The notes under the pieces: generated by a model
Told to the model about the DNA's origin: nothing
Database searches by the model: none
The model's input: only the letters and a program-made list of their open reading frames with translations
Position numbers and translations under genes: made by a program
Sequence record: SRR31156797_1705
DNA: 59,380 nucleotides
Direction: 5' to 3' (one strand)
Part shown: in pieces, positions 9,355 to 20,242 of the stretch
Numbering within the stretch: position 1 is the stretch's first letter
How the letters are laid out: every line of letters begins with the position of its first letter

Positions 9355-10029
9355 TTATCCGTTGTCAAATGTATATCCAAAATTATCAAGATCATCTTGA
9401 TGCCACTTTTTTACAATATCAAAAGTATTATTATTGTAATAGCTGCGGTAATCAGTTTTTATTGATTTATTCAGATGAGGTACCGGACCATCTTTTCCAA
9501 TTCTGTGCATGATCTCAACTAAATCCTCGTGGATATTCTCTAATTTACCAATTTTATCCAGCGTAAAATTTCCATCGAAATCCTTTAGCCAATCAGATTG
9601 GGATTGAAACCATCTCGCTGAATGGTAATAAAATGGATCTTTTTCATCTCCGTATGTTTTCCGTACCCAATCTTCAAATGATATCGGGTTATCCTTCATC
9701 GACTGCCGGTTATTAATAGTAAAGTAATTATACGCTGAGACCACTTTGGAAAATGGATTTCTAACGAATGCAAAAGTATAACACCTGTTCCAGTTTCGAA
9801 ATCCTACAAGACTTATTGCTTCTTTTGTGGTGTAATGGAATTTACGAATGCCAAGAGCTTCAGAAATGCTGGTTCCACCTACCTTATGAAGGCGGATAAA
9901 AATAAATTTTCCTCTAAGTCCATAATAAACAACAGGATCCTTATTTGGAAAAATGTAACTATTCAGGAGATAGACAGGTTTAATATCCCTGATATATCGC
10001 TTAATCCCTTTATGTGCTTTAGAGGTCAC
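9355..10029 (-). CDS. sulfotransferase family 2 (carbohydrate sulfotransferase-like)
   Basis: FIRLHKVGGTS (5'-PS binding) and FAFVRNPFSKVVSAY (3'-P binding); DDLDNFGY C-terminus. Confidence 0.8.
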   Translation of the reverse strand: MTSKAHKGIKRYIRDIKPVYLLNSYIFPNKDPVVYYGLRGKFIFIRLHKVGGTSISEALGIRKFHYTTKEAISLVGFRNWNRCYTFAFVRNPFSKVVSAYNYFTINNRQSMKDNPISFEDWVRKTYGDEKDPFYYHSARWFQSQSDWLKDFDGNFTLDKIGKLENIHEDLVEIMHRIGKDGPVPHLNKSIKTDYRSYYNNNTFDIVKKWHQDDLDNFGYTFDNG

Positions 10030-10194
10030 AATATTTAAAAAATATTAGTAGGTAAACCATTTTCCAAATTAACCAAATAATAACACACCCTGTCGTTAAA
10101 AAAGTGTTAATTGACAGTGAATTAAGTTCATATTTACAAATAAATTACTTCATATTTATTCTGATCATTAAGGTTTCATTAGGGATTCAGTAAA

Positions 10195-10836
10195 TCACCT
10201 GCCAGGCATTTTTATGGACCTACCTGGTATGCCTATGATCTTGTCATTTTCATCCACATCCCTGATCAGCATACTCTGACCACCAATTACGGAACCGCTA
10301 CCTACAACAACATTCTGTACAGTAGAAACGCCAATTCCTACATCCACAGCATCGCCCAATCTGGTATGGCCCGCAAGACAAACTCCAGGAGCAAGGCTGG
10401 AGTGTTTTCCCAATGTGCAGTTATGCCCGATAGCACAATTCATATTGATCACAACAAAGTCACCAACCTCGGTTTCGTAGTTAATGGAAACGCCGGGATA
10501 GATGATACAGCCCATACCAACCTTTACACCATTTGAAATCCATGCATTCCCGGAGATCATTGAAGGAAAATGGAAATCCAACCCGGGGAAACGGTCAAGG
10601 ATTTCGAGTTTCGCTGTTGGGAAAGCGATCCCAAAAACAAGCGAATAACCTTTACCACTGTATTCCTGAAGTAACTCAAGGTTACCCAGTACCCTGGAAC
10701 CTGCAACCGGCTGGTTGATTTTTGAAGGATCATCATCAAGAAAACCAATGAGCTTATATTTTTCCGTGAAGTTGCCCAGGTTGTAGGCGATGAATTTCCC
10801 CACACTGCCTGCTCCTACAATTAATAATTTGTTCAT
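10195..10836 (-). CDS. NeuD/PglD-family sugar acetyltransferase
   Basis: LIVGAG, GFLDDD, hexapeptide repeats, catalytic IGHNC. Confidence 0.85.
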   Translation of the reverse strand: MNKLLIVGAGSVGKFIAYNLGNFTEKYKLIGFLDDDPSKINQPVAGSRVLGNLELLQEYSGKGYSLVFGIAFPTAKLEILDRFPGLDFHFPSMISGNAWISNGVKVGMGCIIYPGVSINYETEVGDFVVINMNCAIGHNCTLGKHSSLAPGVCLAGHTRLGDAVDVGIGVSTVQNVVVGSGSVIGGQSMLIRDVDENDKIIGIPGRSIKMPGR

Positions 10837-11837
10837 CACGACAAATCAGTGATTAAGTGTTTAAGACCTTTCTTTACCGGCAACTGCCAAAGCAATTTAC
10901 ACCAGTTATGATTTCCTTCGATCAACTCCGGCCCTTTTTCAGTAATGGCAATATCCCATCCGATGGATCGGTTTTCCGGTGCGTGAAGCACTGCTTCTTC
11001 CGTCATTTGAATTACACGGTCCCAAAATGGAATTTTGAAGCCGCGTATTATCCTGCCGGTAACCGGATGCTGCTCGATGTCTGGTTTATCAATATCGCTG
11101 AATACTGCGGGGCCATCAACCACACCAGTGGACATATCAACAGGGGCAGCGGCGTTTCCTGCGCCCAGGTTATCCACTGTCGAATTTATTGTAATACGAA
11201 GTCTGGCGCCCAGCCAGTGTATTTTGCTGCCGTCGAAATGCGTGAAGATTCTAACTGTGTTTAAACCCGAAGGAGAAAGCGCCATTAAATCCGGATGTTG
11301 CACAACATAATCCTCCAAAAGATCCAAATCATTTTTCTGCATAAACCTGATCAGGCCTTCGGGAGTTAATTCTGCTGTATTCAGAACTTTCACCTCTTTT
11401 CCTACCTGACCTTTTGAATGTTTAACAACAACTTTTCCGGCTGGCTTCTGCAAAAATGCAGCTAACTTTTCCGGATCGGGTTTTATTTCCCCCAGCGAAA
11501 TGAAATCCCTGAGCACAAACTTTTTGTACCGGTTTAAAAATAGCAGTTTATCCTCCAGAACCATCCGGTGTTTACGGGGATTCGTAACCAGGTGGTATTC
11601 ATACATAAAACCGGTACCTGCCCATTTGCTTCTTTGCTTTTTATCAAGTTCATAAAACCGGAAATAAAAATAATCCAATAGTGAGATATTGTATCTGAAA
11701 GTGGCCGTAACCGCATCCGCCAGTAAAGCTGACCCGGGCCTGCCTGTTGATTTGGATGAATAATCCAGGAATTGCCTCAGCTTCGCGGAGTCCAGTTTCC
11801 TGAGATAGTATCCAAAATAGAGTAATCGTCTGATCAT
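10836..11837 (-). CDS. sugar-transfer-associated ATP-grasp protein
   Basis: LEDK, VVQHP, LNTVRI, VDN..AG, IGWDIAITEKGPELIEGN. Confidence 0.85.
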   Translation of the reverse strand: MIRRLLYFGYYLRKLDSAKLRQFLDYSSKSTGRPGSALLADAVTATFRYNISLLDYFYFRFYELDKKQRSKWAGTGFMYEYHLVTNPRKHRMVLEDKLLFLNRYKKFVLRDFISLGEIKPDPEKLAAFLQKPAGKVVVKHSKGQVGKEVKVLNTAELTPEGLIRFMQKNDLDLLEDYVVQHPDLMALSPSGLNTVRIFTHFDGSKIHWLGARLRITINSTVDNLGAGNAAAPVDMSTGVVDGPAVFSDIDKPDIEQHPVTGRIIRGFKIPFWDRVIQMTEEAVLHAPENRSIGWDIAITEKGPELIEGNHNWCKLLWQLPVKKGLKHLITDLS

Positions 11838-12443
11838 TTAATTATTCCCGTTAAATGGCTGCATTGGTCTCGCAGCGCTTTGGTTTACGCCCTCGGTTTT
11901 TAATACTTTCATTATCGTCATCCACAGAATCTTCATGTCCAGAAAAAATGAAAGATGATCCACATAATACACATCCAGCTTAAATTTCTCCCGCCAACTG
12001 ATGGAATTTCTTCCATTCACCTGGGCCCAGCCCGTAATACCCGGCCGAACCTCGTGGCGCCGTATTTGTTCACTGGTGTATAGAGGAATGTACTTAAACA
12101 ATAGCGGTCGTGGACCAACCAGGCTCATATCTCCTTTTACGACATTAAACAATTGCGGCAACTCATCCATTGATGCCTTCCTGATCATCCGGCCGATACC
12201 GGTCATCCGTTGAACATCGGGTAGTAAATACCCTTTTTCATCGCGTGCGTCGTTCATCGATTTAAACTTGATAATGAAGAAACCTCCCTGATCCTTTCCC
12301 GGCCTCCACTGGTAAAAAAAAGGCCGGCCATGATTCTGAATAAGTAACAGGAGGATTATCAGAACAATGACTGGAGAGAACAGTAACAAGAGTAAAATCG
12401 AAGCTACAAAATCAAAGGGCCTTTTTACATACTTTCTATACAT
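11838..12443 (-). CDS. initiating phosphoglycosyl transferase (bacterial sugar transferase, PglC/EpsL-like)
   Basis: KRPFD, KFKSM, SMDELPQLFNVVKGDMSLVGPRP, RPGITGWAQVNGRN. Confidence 0.92.
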   Translation of the reverse strand: MYRKYVKRPFDFVASILLLLLFSPVIVLIILLLLIQNHGRPFFYQWRPGKDQGGFFIIKFKSMNDARDEKGYLLPDVQRMTGIGRMIRKASMDELPQLFNVVKGDMSLVGPRPLLFKYIPLYTSEQIRRHEVRPGITGWAQVNGRNSISWREKFKLDVYYVDHLSFFLDMKILWMTIMKVLKTEGVNQSAARPMQPFNGNN

Positions 12444-13578
12444 TGTCTATTTTCCTGAAAAAAAATATATTGACTAATTCTGCTGATGAAACAAACTCTG
12501 CATCCGGCCACTTTTTAATGATGTCTTTTAGCAATTGTTTCAATGCATCAAGTCCGGTTTTTCTGTATGCCGGATCAATATGGCCGCAAAAATTCACACG
12601 ATGGGAACTTATCACTGCCGGTTTATTCCATCGAAAAGCTGCGCCTATCTGATGCACCGCCCTGTTTACATGGTTGGTTTGCCGTTCGTCGGAAGGTTCG
12701 AAAACGACATTTCTCAGGATTCCTTTCATGCCACAGGGCATGCTGGCACCCATGAAGCCCAGGCGTGTTTTAAATTTGTCACCATCAATCCGTTTCTTCC
12801 GGTGAAATACCGTGTCGATGCATTGTATGCCTTGTTCCGATAGGGTGGGGTACATTTCAGGATGGTCCTGACCACCCGGAGGCATAAATACAGTGGGCCT
12901 GTATCCGAAAACCTTCCCGAATCTGTTGATGCCGTCTGAAAGGATATCATGAAAATCATTCACCTCTTTTTTTCCGGCAAATGAAAAAGAAGCGTATAGT
13001 GACCTTCCGTTCGCATGGGGCTTTGAAATACCGGCCAGTGAACGATTTTTTAAAGCAACCAACAATTCGGGGTCATCAATGGATAATCTATGGTTAAATT
13101 CACGCACATTCAGATGCTCTCTTCCGTGAAACTGAGGTTGTAATAACCCGCGCCCGGTCCCTTCCCGCCACAGGTCCCATGTCCCTTCATAAGCTGCTTG
13201 TTCCGATTGTGCCAGCTTTGCAAAAGTATCCGGCAGGGTTTCATAGCGATATTCATGGTATCCTTCAGCCCGCATCTGCTCAAAATCAATATTACAGGGT
13301 ACCGCAAAGGGCGTAAAAACCGCCGGATTCCCTTTGGCATCTTTCACCGCACTTAATGTCTCAAACAGATGTTCAAGGTCCTCCCGCGTTTCAAGGGCAT
13401 CATAATTGTCGAACCGTGAGGTAAATTTCAACCCTTCCTTCTCCATTTGCTTGCGCGCTTCGCGTGAATGCAGACGTACATTGCCATAATCATCCACGGC
13501 AAAAACCACCAGCTTCCGGTGGGACTTTTTGCCGGAAATGTTTTTAATGTTGTTGAGCAGAAGTTCTTTAATGGCCAT
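12436..13578 (-). CDS. polysaccharide deacetylase-like (NodB/CE4-like) protein
   Basis: FAVDDYG, QPQFHGREH, SSHRVNF; paralogue of 21268-22398. Confidence 0.65.
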   Translation of the reverse strand: MAIKELLLNNIKNISGKKSHRKLVVFAVDDYGNVRLHSREARKQMEKEGLKFTSRFDNYDALETREDLEHLFETLSAVKDAKGNPAVFTPFAVPCNIDFEQMRAEGYHEYRYETLPDTFAKLAQSEQAAYEGTWDLWREGTGRGLLQPQFHGREHLNVREFNHRLSIDDPELLVALKNRSLAGISKPHANGRSLYASFSFAGKKEVNDFHDILSDGINRFGKVFGYRPTVFMPPGGQDHPEMYPTLSEQGIQCIDTVFHRKKRIDGDKFKTRLGFMGASMPCGMKGILRNVVFEPSDERQTNHVNRAVHQIGAAFRWNKPAVISSHRVNFCGHIDPAYRKTGLDALKQLLKDIIKKWPDAEFVSSAELVNIFFFRKIDNV

Positions 13579-13591
13579 GCCTATGTTTTTT

Positions 13592-14761
13592 CTATCTGGA
13601 GGTATCCAGGTTTAGATACCTGTCAACAAACAAATCAGCATTTTCCCGTTTAAAATCTCTCGCAGCAAGCAATGCATTCTCCGACATCTGATTATATAAG
13701 GCGCTGTTTGCGACCAATTCAAGGATGAAGTCTGCTGCTTTTTCAAGTTCACCTTCGTTGTAACAGCGGGCATGTTCATATTTTTCAGCATATGTATGCA
13801 ACTGCGAATCGTCGGATGCAATATACAGCGAAGGAATGCCATAGCTCATCAGGTTGTATGATTTGCTGGGAACACTCCCCTTTGCCGTAACTGAATCGAG
13901 CATCACGATACCCAGGTCAGCGGCAGAAAGTGAATAGGGAAACATCTCATCGGACTGAAATGGCAGGAACTGGCAATTCGGCAGATTTTTTTCCCGAACG
14001 AGTTTTTCGAGGTATGGCTTTCGGGGGCCCCGGCCAATAATCTGAAAAAGGATATCACTACGATGTTGCAATTTTTCTGCAAGAAGAATCATTAATTCCA
14101 CCTGGTGTGTCAGACCTATATTGCCTGAGTACTGAACAATAAATTTACCATTTAACCCTAAATTTTTTCGAAACGGATTAGCTGCGTGCCTGATCTTTTC
14201 GTTTTTATCAAATATCGACCAGATGGGAATCACAATTGGTTTTTCAGGGCGGATATACTGGTGCAGAAGATCAGCCATTCGTTCTGAGATTGTAAATAGC
14301 CGGAATGATTTCTTAAAGGCCTTTTTATTGAGAAAGGATAAAACGCTGTAAACAGGATGGGAACTTTTCATCCCTGTTATTTTGAATGCATCAGGATAAA
14401 CATCCCAGATAATCATACTGAACCTTTGCTTTCCTATCAATCCCAAAAGGTAACTCATTGGAGGGATGGAAACAAATACCACCTCCCATTTCCGGTATTT
14501 TGTTTTCAATAGCCATAGGATATGAAGTGAACCCATAAAATAGGACAACAGTTTTTTTGATGCCGGCCTTTCGGTCCATTTGATAATCCGGGTGACCTCC
14601 ACTTTCTCGTCCAGCTGTTCTCCCTGCTCATGAATACTTCCGGTGATCAACGCAACATTGGGGACTTTTTTATTGAAAGCGTTACAAAAACCGATTGTAA
14701 GATAATTCGATGCCTGGTTGACAAAAACTAACTTACGATTCGTAAACGCTCCTGTTTCCAT
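13592..14761 (-). CDS. glycosyltransferase family 4 (WbuB-like)
   Basis: WDVYPD, QYSGNIG, SVPSKSY..MSYG. Confidence 0.85.
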   Translation of the reverse strand: METGAFTNRKLVFVNQASNYLTIGFCNAFNKKVPNVALITGSIHEQGEQLDEKVEVTRIIKWTERPASKKLLSYFMGSLHILWLLKTKYRKWEVVFVSIPPMSYLLGLIGKQRFSMIIWDVYPDAFKITGMKSSHPVYSVLSFLNKKAFKKSFRLFTISERMADLLHQYIRPEKPIVIPIWSIFDKNEKIRHAANPFRKNLGLNGKFIVQYSGNIGLTHQVELMILLAEKLQHRSDILFQIIGRGPRKPYLEKLVREKNLPNCQFLPFQSDEMFPYSLSAADLGIVMLDSVTAKGSVPSKSYNLMSYGIPSLYIASDDSQLHTYAEKYEHARCYNEGELEKAADFILELVANSALYNQMSENALLAARDFKRENADLFVDRYLNLDTSR

Positions 14762-14774
14762 TTAATTGAATCGA

Positions 14775-15989
14775 CTATCGTTTAATGGCTTCATTGTATA
14801 AATGAAGATAATCGCGGTATCGGTCGTCTTTGCTAAAATGCCTGACAGCCCTCTCCCTGCAGGCATTTTCATAGTTTTTTTTTCCTTTGGTTGTAACCAG
14901 TTCTATCGCCTTTACGAGACCATCGATATCTCCTTTTTCCACAATGATACCTGTTTGTTCGTCAACGGCTTCCGGACATCCACCGGTATTGTAAGCTACG
15001 ACGGGTGTACCACAGGCGAGTGCTTCAATATTTGTAGTTGGGAAATTATCGATATAGGTTGGATTAATATAAATATCAGTAATCGAATATAGTTCCACCA
15101 GTTCATGCAATGATTCGGTTCTTCCGATTCCTTTGATTCCTTTTGGGAGTGTTGCAAGTTGCGCTGGTGACAAACCAACAATGATCATCATATAATTATC
15201 AGGTATTTTTTTGTGAAGTTTGATAAGATCTTGTAGTCCTTTACTTTTGTGCCATACATTTGCTACTCCCAATAAGATTTTTTCTTTACCGATATTAAAT
15301 TTTCTTTTAATTTCTTCCTTATAAGATTTAGCCTGGAAAAGGCTAACATCAATTCCATTGTGAATTACATCAATAGGGAAATCCTTAAAAAAAGAATTCC
15401 TGGCATGGGCTGCGAGCCATTCAGATGGGGTAATGATATGTAACCGATCAAGCGAGGTAAATATTTCTCTCTTTTCACTATAATTTAAAAATGAATGATC
15501 AACCCCCCAACTTGCAGGATAACCCTTAAGATTGGGGCACTTATTGCAATGAGACTGCCATTTATAGCAATTTACACCAACAAAATGTGCACAATGTCCG
15601 GTAAAAGGCCAGCAATCGTGGAAAGTCCAAAATACAGGTTTGTTCAACTCCTTCAGATAATCAAACAAATACTTAATATTAATATAGTAACCATGAATGT
15701 TGTGAAGTTGCACTAGATCCACATCATAATTATCAATTTGTTGAATAAATTTTCTTGTAACTTTTTTAGATCCAAAGCCGTGTCTGTCGAATAACCGGGT
15801 TTTTGCACCATGAACATATCTGTTAAACTGACCACCTACCTTAACAAGAGTTGATAAACTACCCTGTTTAGTTAATGATGCAGCAATAATACTACTATGG
15901 CCTTTATCCAATACTACTTTCCCGATATCCTCGGCTATTCTGCCGGTACTGCCAGTATTAACACTGATATTTATCTGAAGAATGTTCAT
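14775..15989 (-). CDS. glycosyltransferase family 4 (WcaC-like)
   Basis: GSTGRIA, LHNIHGYY, WTFHDCWPFTGHC, DNFPTTNIEALACG. Confidence 0.88.
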   Translation of the reverse strand: MNILQINISVNTGSTGRIAEDIGKVVLDKGHSSIIAASLTKQGSLSTLVKVGGQFNRYVHGAKTRLFDRHGFGSKKVTRKFIQQIDNYDVDLVQLHNIHGYYINIKYLFDYLKELNKPVFWTFHDCWPFTGHCAHFVGVNCYKWQSHCNKCPNLKGYPASWGVDHSFLNYSEKREIFTSLDRLHIITPSEWLAAHARNSFFKDFPIDVIHNGIDVSLFQAKSYKEEIKRKFNIGKEKILLGVANVWHKSKGLQDLIKLHKKIPDNYMMIIVGLSPAQLATLPKGIKGIGRTESLHELVELYSITDIYINPTYIDNFPTTNIEALACGTPVVAYNTGGCPEAVDEQTGIIVEKGDIDGLVKAIELVTTKGKKNYENACRERAVRHFSKDDRYRDYLHLYNEAIKR

Positions 15990-16016
15990 CTCCGGTTAAT
16001 GACCTAAAATTTATTT

Positions 16017-17168
16017 TTAATCAACATCTTGCATTACAATTGACAGAAATTTATATGCTGCATTTCTTATTCTGTCCTTGTATGGTTCATAAATTTCTGA
16101 TTCATGATCTCTGACAGGAAATTCCTTGAGTATTTCTGACAATCCTTCAGCGTCATGAGGGCTAAAATATACACCGGTTGACTCTAATTGTTCTCGATTT
16201 ACAGGGATATCAGAAGCAATTACGGGAATCTGTAATGATTTGGCATCTTCTATCACTGTACTCCAGCCCTCAAATAAAGAAGGCTGGATAACTGCCCTGG
16301 CATGCTTCATTAGCAAAAGCTGATCTCCACGTGGAATCAATCCAAGAAAAGAAACCTGCACCTTAAGTTCATGCTTTTCGATTATCTCATAGAGATTTTT
16401 CAGGTAATCCGAATTGGGATTTTTAGGGAATCTGCCGGTTACTGCAATGCGAACCGACTTTCCGTTTTCCCCCAATCGGGCCAGGGCTTCAAAAGCAACT
16501 TTATGATTTTTATGCTTGTGAAACTGATTACAGATTATAAAGTAGTCAGATGGCAGGTTGTATTTTTGAAGTAAATTTTCCTTGCTGATATCAGGTAAGT
16601 TTTCGATGATCGAAACAAAATGAAAAATATGAATTTTCAGATGTTCAGGAATCTTAAAAAATTTATAAAAATCATTTCTAACTGATTCACTCGAAACAAC
16701 AAGGTGTCTGGCGTATCTTAATATGAAATGGATGCGCATATTCCGTTCAATCCTTTTCTTCCAACTGAAAAATTCCGGATAATACATATGCTGTAAATCT
16801 GCATACCAGGATATCAATTTAGCATTTTCCCTTGATTTTAGCGGAAAGTCATGAAGCGGAAATACTTTATCCAAATTGTACTTTTTAATCGGCCTGTGGA
16901 CAAATATATTCCTCATTCTACAATACGATAATAAATACCCCCTCCTGATGTTTTGAAATGGCCACATGATTTTATTCAGATACGGGTATTGAATATCTTC
17001 AACATATTCTTCTAACTCAGGCCTGAAAAACAAGTATAAATCAGGCCTGTCATCGACATCCAAATAATTAAGAAGTTTTGCTATGTTTTGCAAATAGACG
17101 ATTCCGCCAGTCCATTTAGGGTTGAAGTTAAATATCAACCCCAGCCTTAATCTATGTTTTTCAGCCAT
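16017..17168 (-). CDS. glycosyltransferase family 4 (GT-B)
   Basis: WTGGIVY, DLQH..YPEFFS, HKHKNH, PSLFEGWSTVIEDA. Confidence 0.85.
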   Translation of the reverse strand: MAEKHRLRLGLIFNFNPKWTGGIVYLQNIAKLLNYLDVDDRPDLYLFFRPELEEYVEDIQYPYLNKIMWPFQNIRRGYLLSYCRMRNIFVHRPIKKYNLDKVFPLHDFPLKSRENAKLISWYADLQHMYYPEFFSWKKRIERNMRIHFILRYARHLVVSSESVRNDFYKFFKIPEHLKIHIFHFVSIIENLPDISKENLLQKYNLPSDYFIICNQFHKHKNHKVAFEALARLGENGKSVRIAVTGRFPKNPNSDYLKNLYEIIEKHELKVQVSFLGLIPRGDQLLLMKHARAVIQPSLFEGWSTVIEDAKSLQIPVIASDIPVNREQLESTGVYFSPHDAEGLSEILKEFPVRDHESEIYEPYKDRIRNAAYKFLSIVMQDVD

Positions 17169-18058
17169 TTGTAATACTGTTTTAAACCCGCCTGTAGATT
17201 ATATTGTTGCCTGTACCCGAGATCCTTAAGCCTTTCGATGTCTGCAACCCAGTTCACCGGGTCACCTTTTCGTTCTTCACCACTAAAGCACCATGAAACC
17301 GGATAATCGAGGATTTCGTCATAAAAAAGGTTTACACAATCAGCGATTTGTATTTCAGCTCCGTTTGCCACATTAATTGCTTCACCATTAAAAGCACCGT
17401 TTTCAGCCACCTTCATTATAGCCTGAATGAGGTCACCAATATAAATAAAATCACGTGATTCACGCCCGGTTCCAAAGAGTTGTACCTTAGCTCCGGTTAA
17501 TGACTTCTTATACAAATCCCAGAACAATTGTTTCCGTAACCCATCACCATATGCCGAAAAAATTCTTAACGAACAGGTTGGTATGTTAAAGAAGTGATAA
17601 AACTCATTGCAAATCTGTTCGCTCATTTTTTTATGAAGACCATAAGGTGATATGGGATTGAGATTGGATGCCTCAACAATTGGCAGCGATACAGGATTTC
17701 CATAAACTGCAGCACTTGAAAGGTTGATAAACCTACACTCCGGTTGATTAAGCCTGATTGCTTCCAATAGTTTATAAACATTTGAAGTATTCAATTGATA
17801 GTCTCTCAATGGATTTTCCAATGATGCCGGAACGCTTGCTGCACCTGAGCAATTTACACACACATCAAAGTTTTGTTTTCTAAATATAGCATTGAAATCA
17901 GCGTTGGTGCCATCAATCAAAAAATACCGGTCTGCATATTCGTATTCAACCACCACATCGGCCTTCCAAACTTCAAAGTCATTTTTTTCAAGAAAGGATG
18001 ACAGCTGATTTCCGATGAATCCTTTAGAACCTATGATAAGAACTTTTTGAACAATCAT
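17147..18058 (-). CDS. NAD-dependent epimerase/dehydratase (extended SDR)
   Basis: GSKGFIG, SSAAVYG, SPYGLHK (YxxxK), GTGRESRDFIY. Confidence 0.88.
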   Translation of the reverse strand: MIVQKVLIIGSKGFIGNQLSSFLEKNDFEVWKADVVVEYEYADRYFLIDGTNADFNAIFRKQNFDVCVNCSGAASVPASLENPLRDYQLNTSNVYKLLEAIRLNQPECRFINLSSAAVYGNPVSLPIVEASNLNPISPYGLHKKMSEQICNEFYHFFNIPTCSLRIFSAYGDGLRKQLFWDLYKKSLTGAKVQLFGTGRESRDFIYIGDLIQAIMKVAENGAFNGEAINVANGAEIQIADCVNLFYDEILDYPVSWCFSGEERKGDPVNWVADIERLKDLGYRQQYNLQAGLKQYYKWLKNID

Positions 18059-18161
18059 TCGTATAAAAGAGATTTTTTATCCGGAAAAATACAATTCCTG
18101 ATTAGGTCGGTTAATGAGAATCAAATTCATGTAAATACTGTTAAAGAATTTAGAATAATGT

Positions 18162-19045
18162 TTATCGAACTGGTGTATAAAATAAAGCATCAATAATTCC
18201 GGCAAACTTTTTATCGACTGAACTAAGCTGTTTATATTTTTCCGGAGATTTTTTAATGGTTATTTCACTTTGCATTCTGTTTCTGTTACCGGCAAAAACG
18301 TGGTATGGATGGATAACAGATGAGTCTGATTCACAAAGCTCTTTTCTGAATTTAACAATCATTGTACAGATATCAGGAGGACATTCTAAGAACTTTTCAT
18401 AAAAAACCCTTACCTTTTGTCCTCTGATTGAAAAAAAAACAATTGCCAAATTTGTTACCATCCATGTAAAAAATGTTTTATAAGTTGGCGCTGATTTTTT
18501 GACATACTCCCTTCCTTCTTTCAAATTTTCATCTCTTGTTTTTTTACTGGAATTCAGAACTCCTGAAAAACTCCTGATCAGGTGAACAATGGTCAATTAT
18601 TTTTAAATATCTTTCTTAATATAAGTATTCTTTGGGGAACTTTGGATGAATCAACCAAAACATCAGCCTCAGCATACTTTGCAGTAAGTTCATAAAGTTT
18701 CTTTGTATCATTACAATAATTTAAAAATTCTTTACCCGGCCAAAATAGGTTAAGTAATAATCTCGGAATACCTTTTCTCCTTTCAAAAATATTTTTAAAG
18801 CGAACATAATCTTCATATGAATAATGCCTTATTTGGTTCCATTCATGTATCACTGTACTCCAAAAATCACATTCGTCGATTCTCTTCTTGCAAGAGCAAT
18901 ACTCCTGAAAAATTGTTCGTTTCGTAATTTTATTAATCTCCCCCATACTCATTACAGAAGTACGATTACCAAGATACATATCCAAAAGTGTGCTTCCTGC
19001 ACGGGTAGTTGAAGAAATATAAAAAATTTTAATTTCACTTTCCAT
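18162..19045 (-). pseudogene. frameshifted sulfotransferase (ORFs 18593-19045 and 18162-18596)
   Basis: N-part has RAGSTLL, GEI and VDSSK.P; C-part begins TIVHLIRS..GV..S and has H...GN; frames join at about 18595. Confidence 0.7.
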
Positions 19046-19084
19046 CTATGAATGTTGCATTAATAAAGTGTGAAAGAAATTTAA

Positions 19085-20218
19085 TTAAAGTATTTGTTCA
19101 AAAATCTTTAATTGATGGTATGGATTATATTGTTTATCAATGACATTAAAGCACTGCAGGCGTACCTGCTCTCTATCATGATTCATTTTAAACCATTTAG
19201 AAATTCCGACAGCCAGATCGTTTGCATCATTTTCTCTAAAATAAAATCCGGTCACACCATTTGTAATAGCCTCATGTTCCGGCATTTGATTTGTCAGATT
19301 GTCGTGGGTACAAACAGGTGTACCATAACTTAGAGCATGTATCGCAGTTAATCCGACGTTTCCTGGTGAAACACACAGATCCGCCATTGTCAAATACTTT
19401 CCGTTGATGTCTTCATCATAAGAGGCTCCAAGAAATTTCAGATTTCCCTTTTCTATCCATTTTTTTGATAGATTTTCCAAACCTGCTTTTTCCGGCCCGC
19501 CTCCAATTATCAACAAATTACATGCAAAATTATCAGAATTTAAAATGGCAAATGCACGGATCAGGATATCCAGCTTCTTGACTGGCGTCAATCTCCCAAT
19601 GAAAATGAGTAATGGTAAATCAGGATTTGGAAAGAATTGCATGAACTTTTCTTTGCCAAGATCAGTATTTTCTTTTCGGCATTTATAAAACCTATCGTAA
19701 TCAAGGGAGTTATAAACCACCGATATTTTTCCCTCATCAATCCCTGATTCAACCAAAAGCCGTTTTGACCTGTGATTATACACTGCAATTTTATTTGCCA
19801 GTTTGTAAAATAATAATGTTAAGGCCTTTACCAGAATATTTTCTTTCCCATATAACCCATGGCCCCAGATAATAACCTTAATACCCTTTATCCTGCAAAT
19901 AATTATTGCGATCCAGGACGAGAGAATATGCATGGTTCCAAGGAACATTGTTGTATCCGGTTTATTGACCAGGCAATTTTTAATGACCCCGGTCTGCCAT
20001 ACAAGATAGTCTTTGATCCTGATATTCCTGATTTTCGTGATCCTGCCTCCTTTTGTAGATTTCTCAAGCTCTTCGATATCAATTTCTTTAACACCAAGTC
20101 GATTTGAGGTATTACCGTAAAATATATGGAAATCATAAGATTTGTGATTTAGGAAACCTTTCCACACTGCAATCCTGTAATGTGGAGCAATATTGGTAAA
20201 GTAGAATATTTTTTTCAC
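19085..20218 (-). CDS. glycosyltransferase family 4
   Basis: PHYR, WGHG, FIGRL..VKKLD, PGNVGLTAIHALSYG. Confidence 0.85.
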   Translation of the reverse strand: MKKIFYFTNIAPHYRIAVWKGFLNHKSYDFHIFYGNTSNRLGVKEIDIEELEKSTKGGRITKIRNIRIKDYLVWQTGVIKNCLVNKPDTTMFLGTMHILSSWIAIIICRIKGIKVIIWGHGLYGKENILVKALTLLFYKLANKIAVYNHRSKRLLVESGIDEGKISVVYNSLDYDRFYKCRKENTDLGKEKFMQFFPNPDLPLLIFIGRLTPVKKLDILIRAFAILNSDNFACNLLIIGGGPEKAGLENLSKKWIEKGNLKFLGASYDEDINGKYLTMADLCVSPGNVGLTAIHALSYGTPVCTHDNLTNQMPEHEAITNGVTGFYFRENDANDLAVGISKWFKMNHDREQVRLQCFNVIDKQYNPYHQLKIFEQIL

Positions 20219-20242
20219 AAAAATCGGGATATTATAGTTGAT

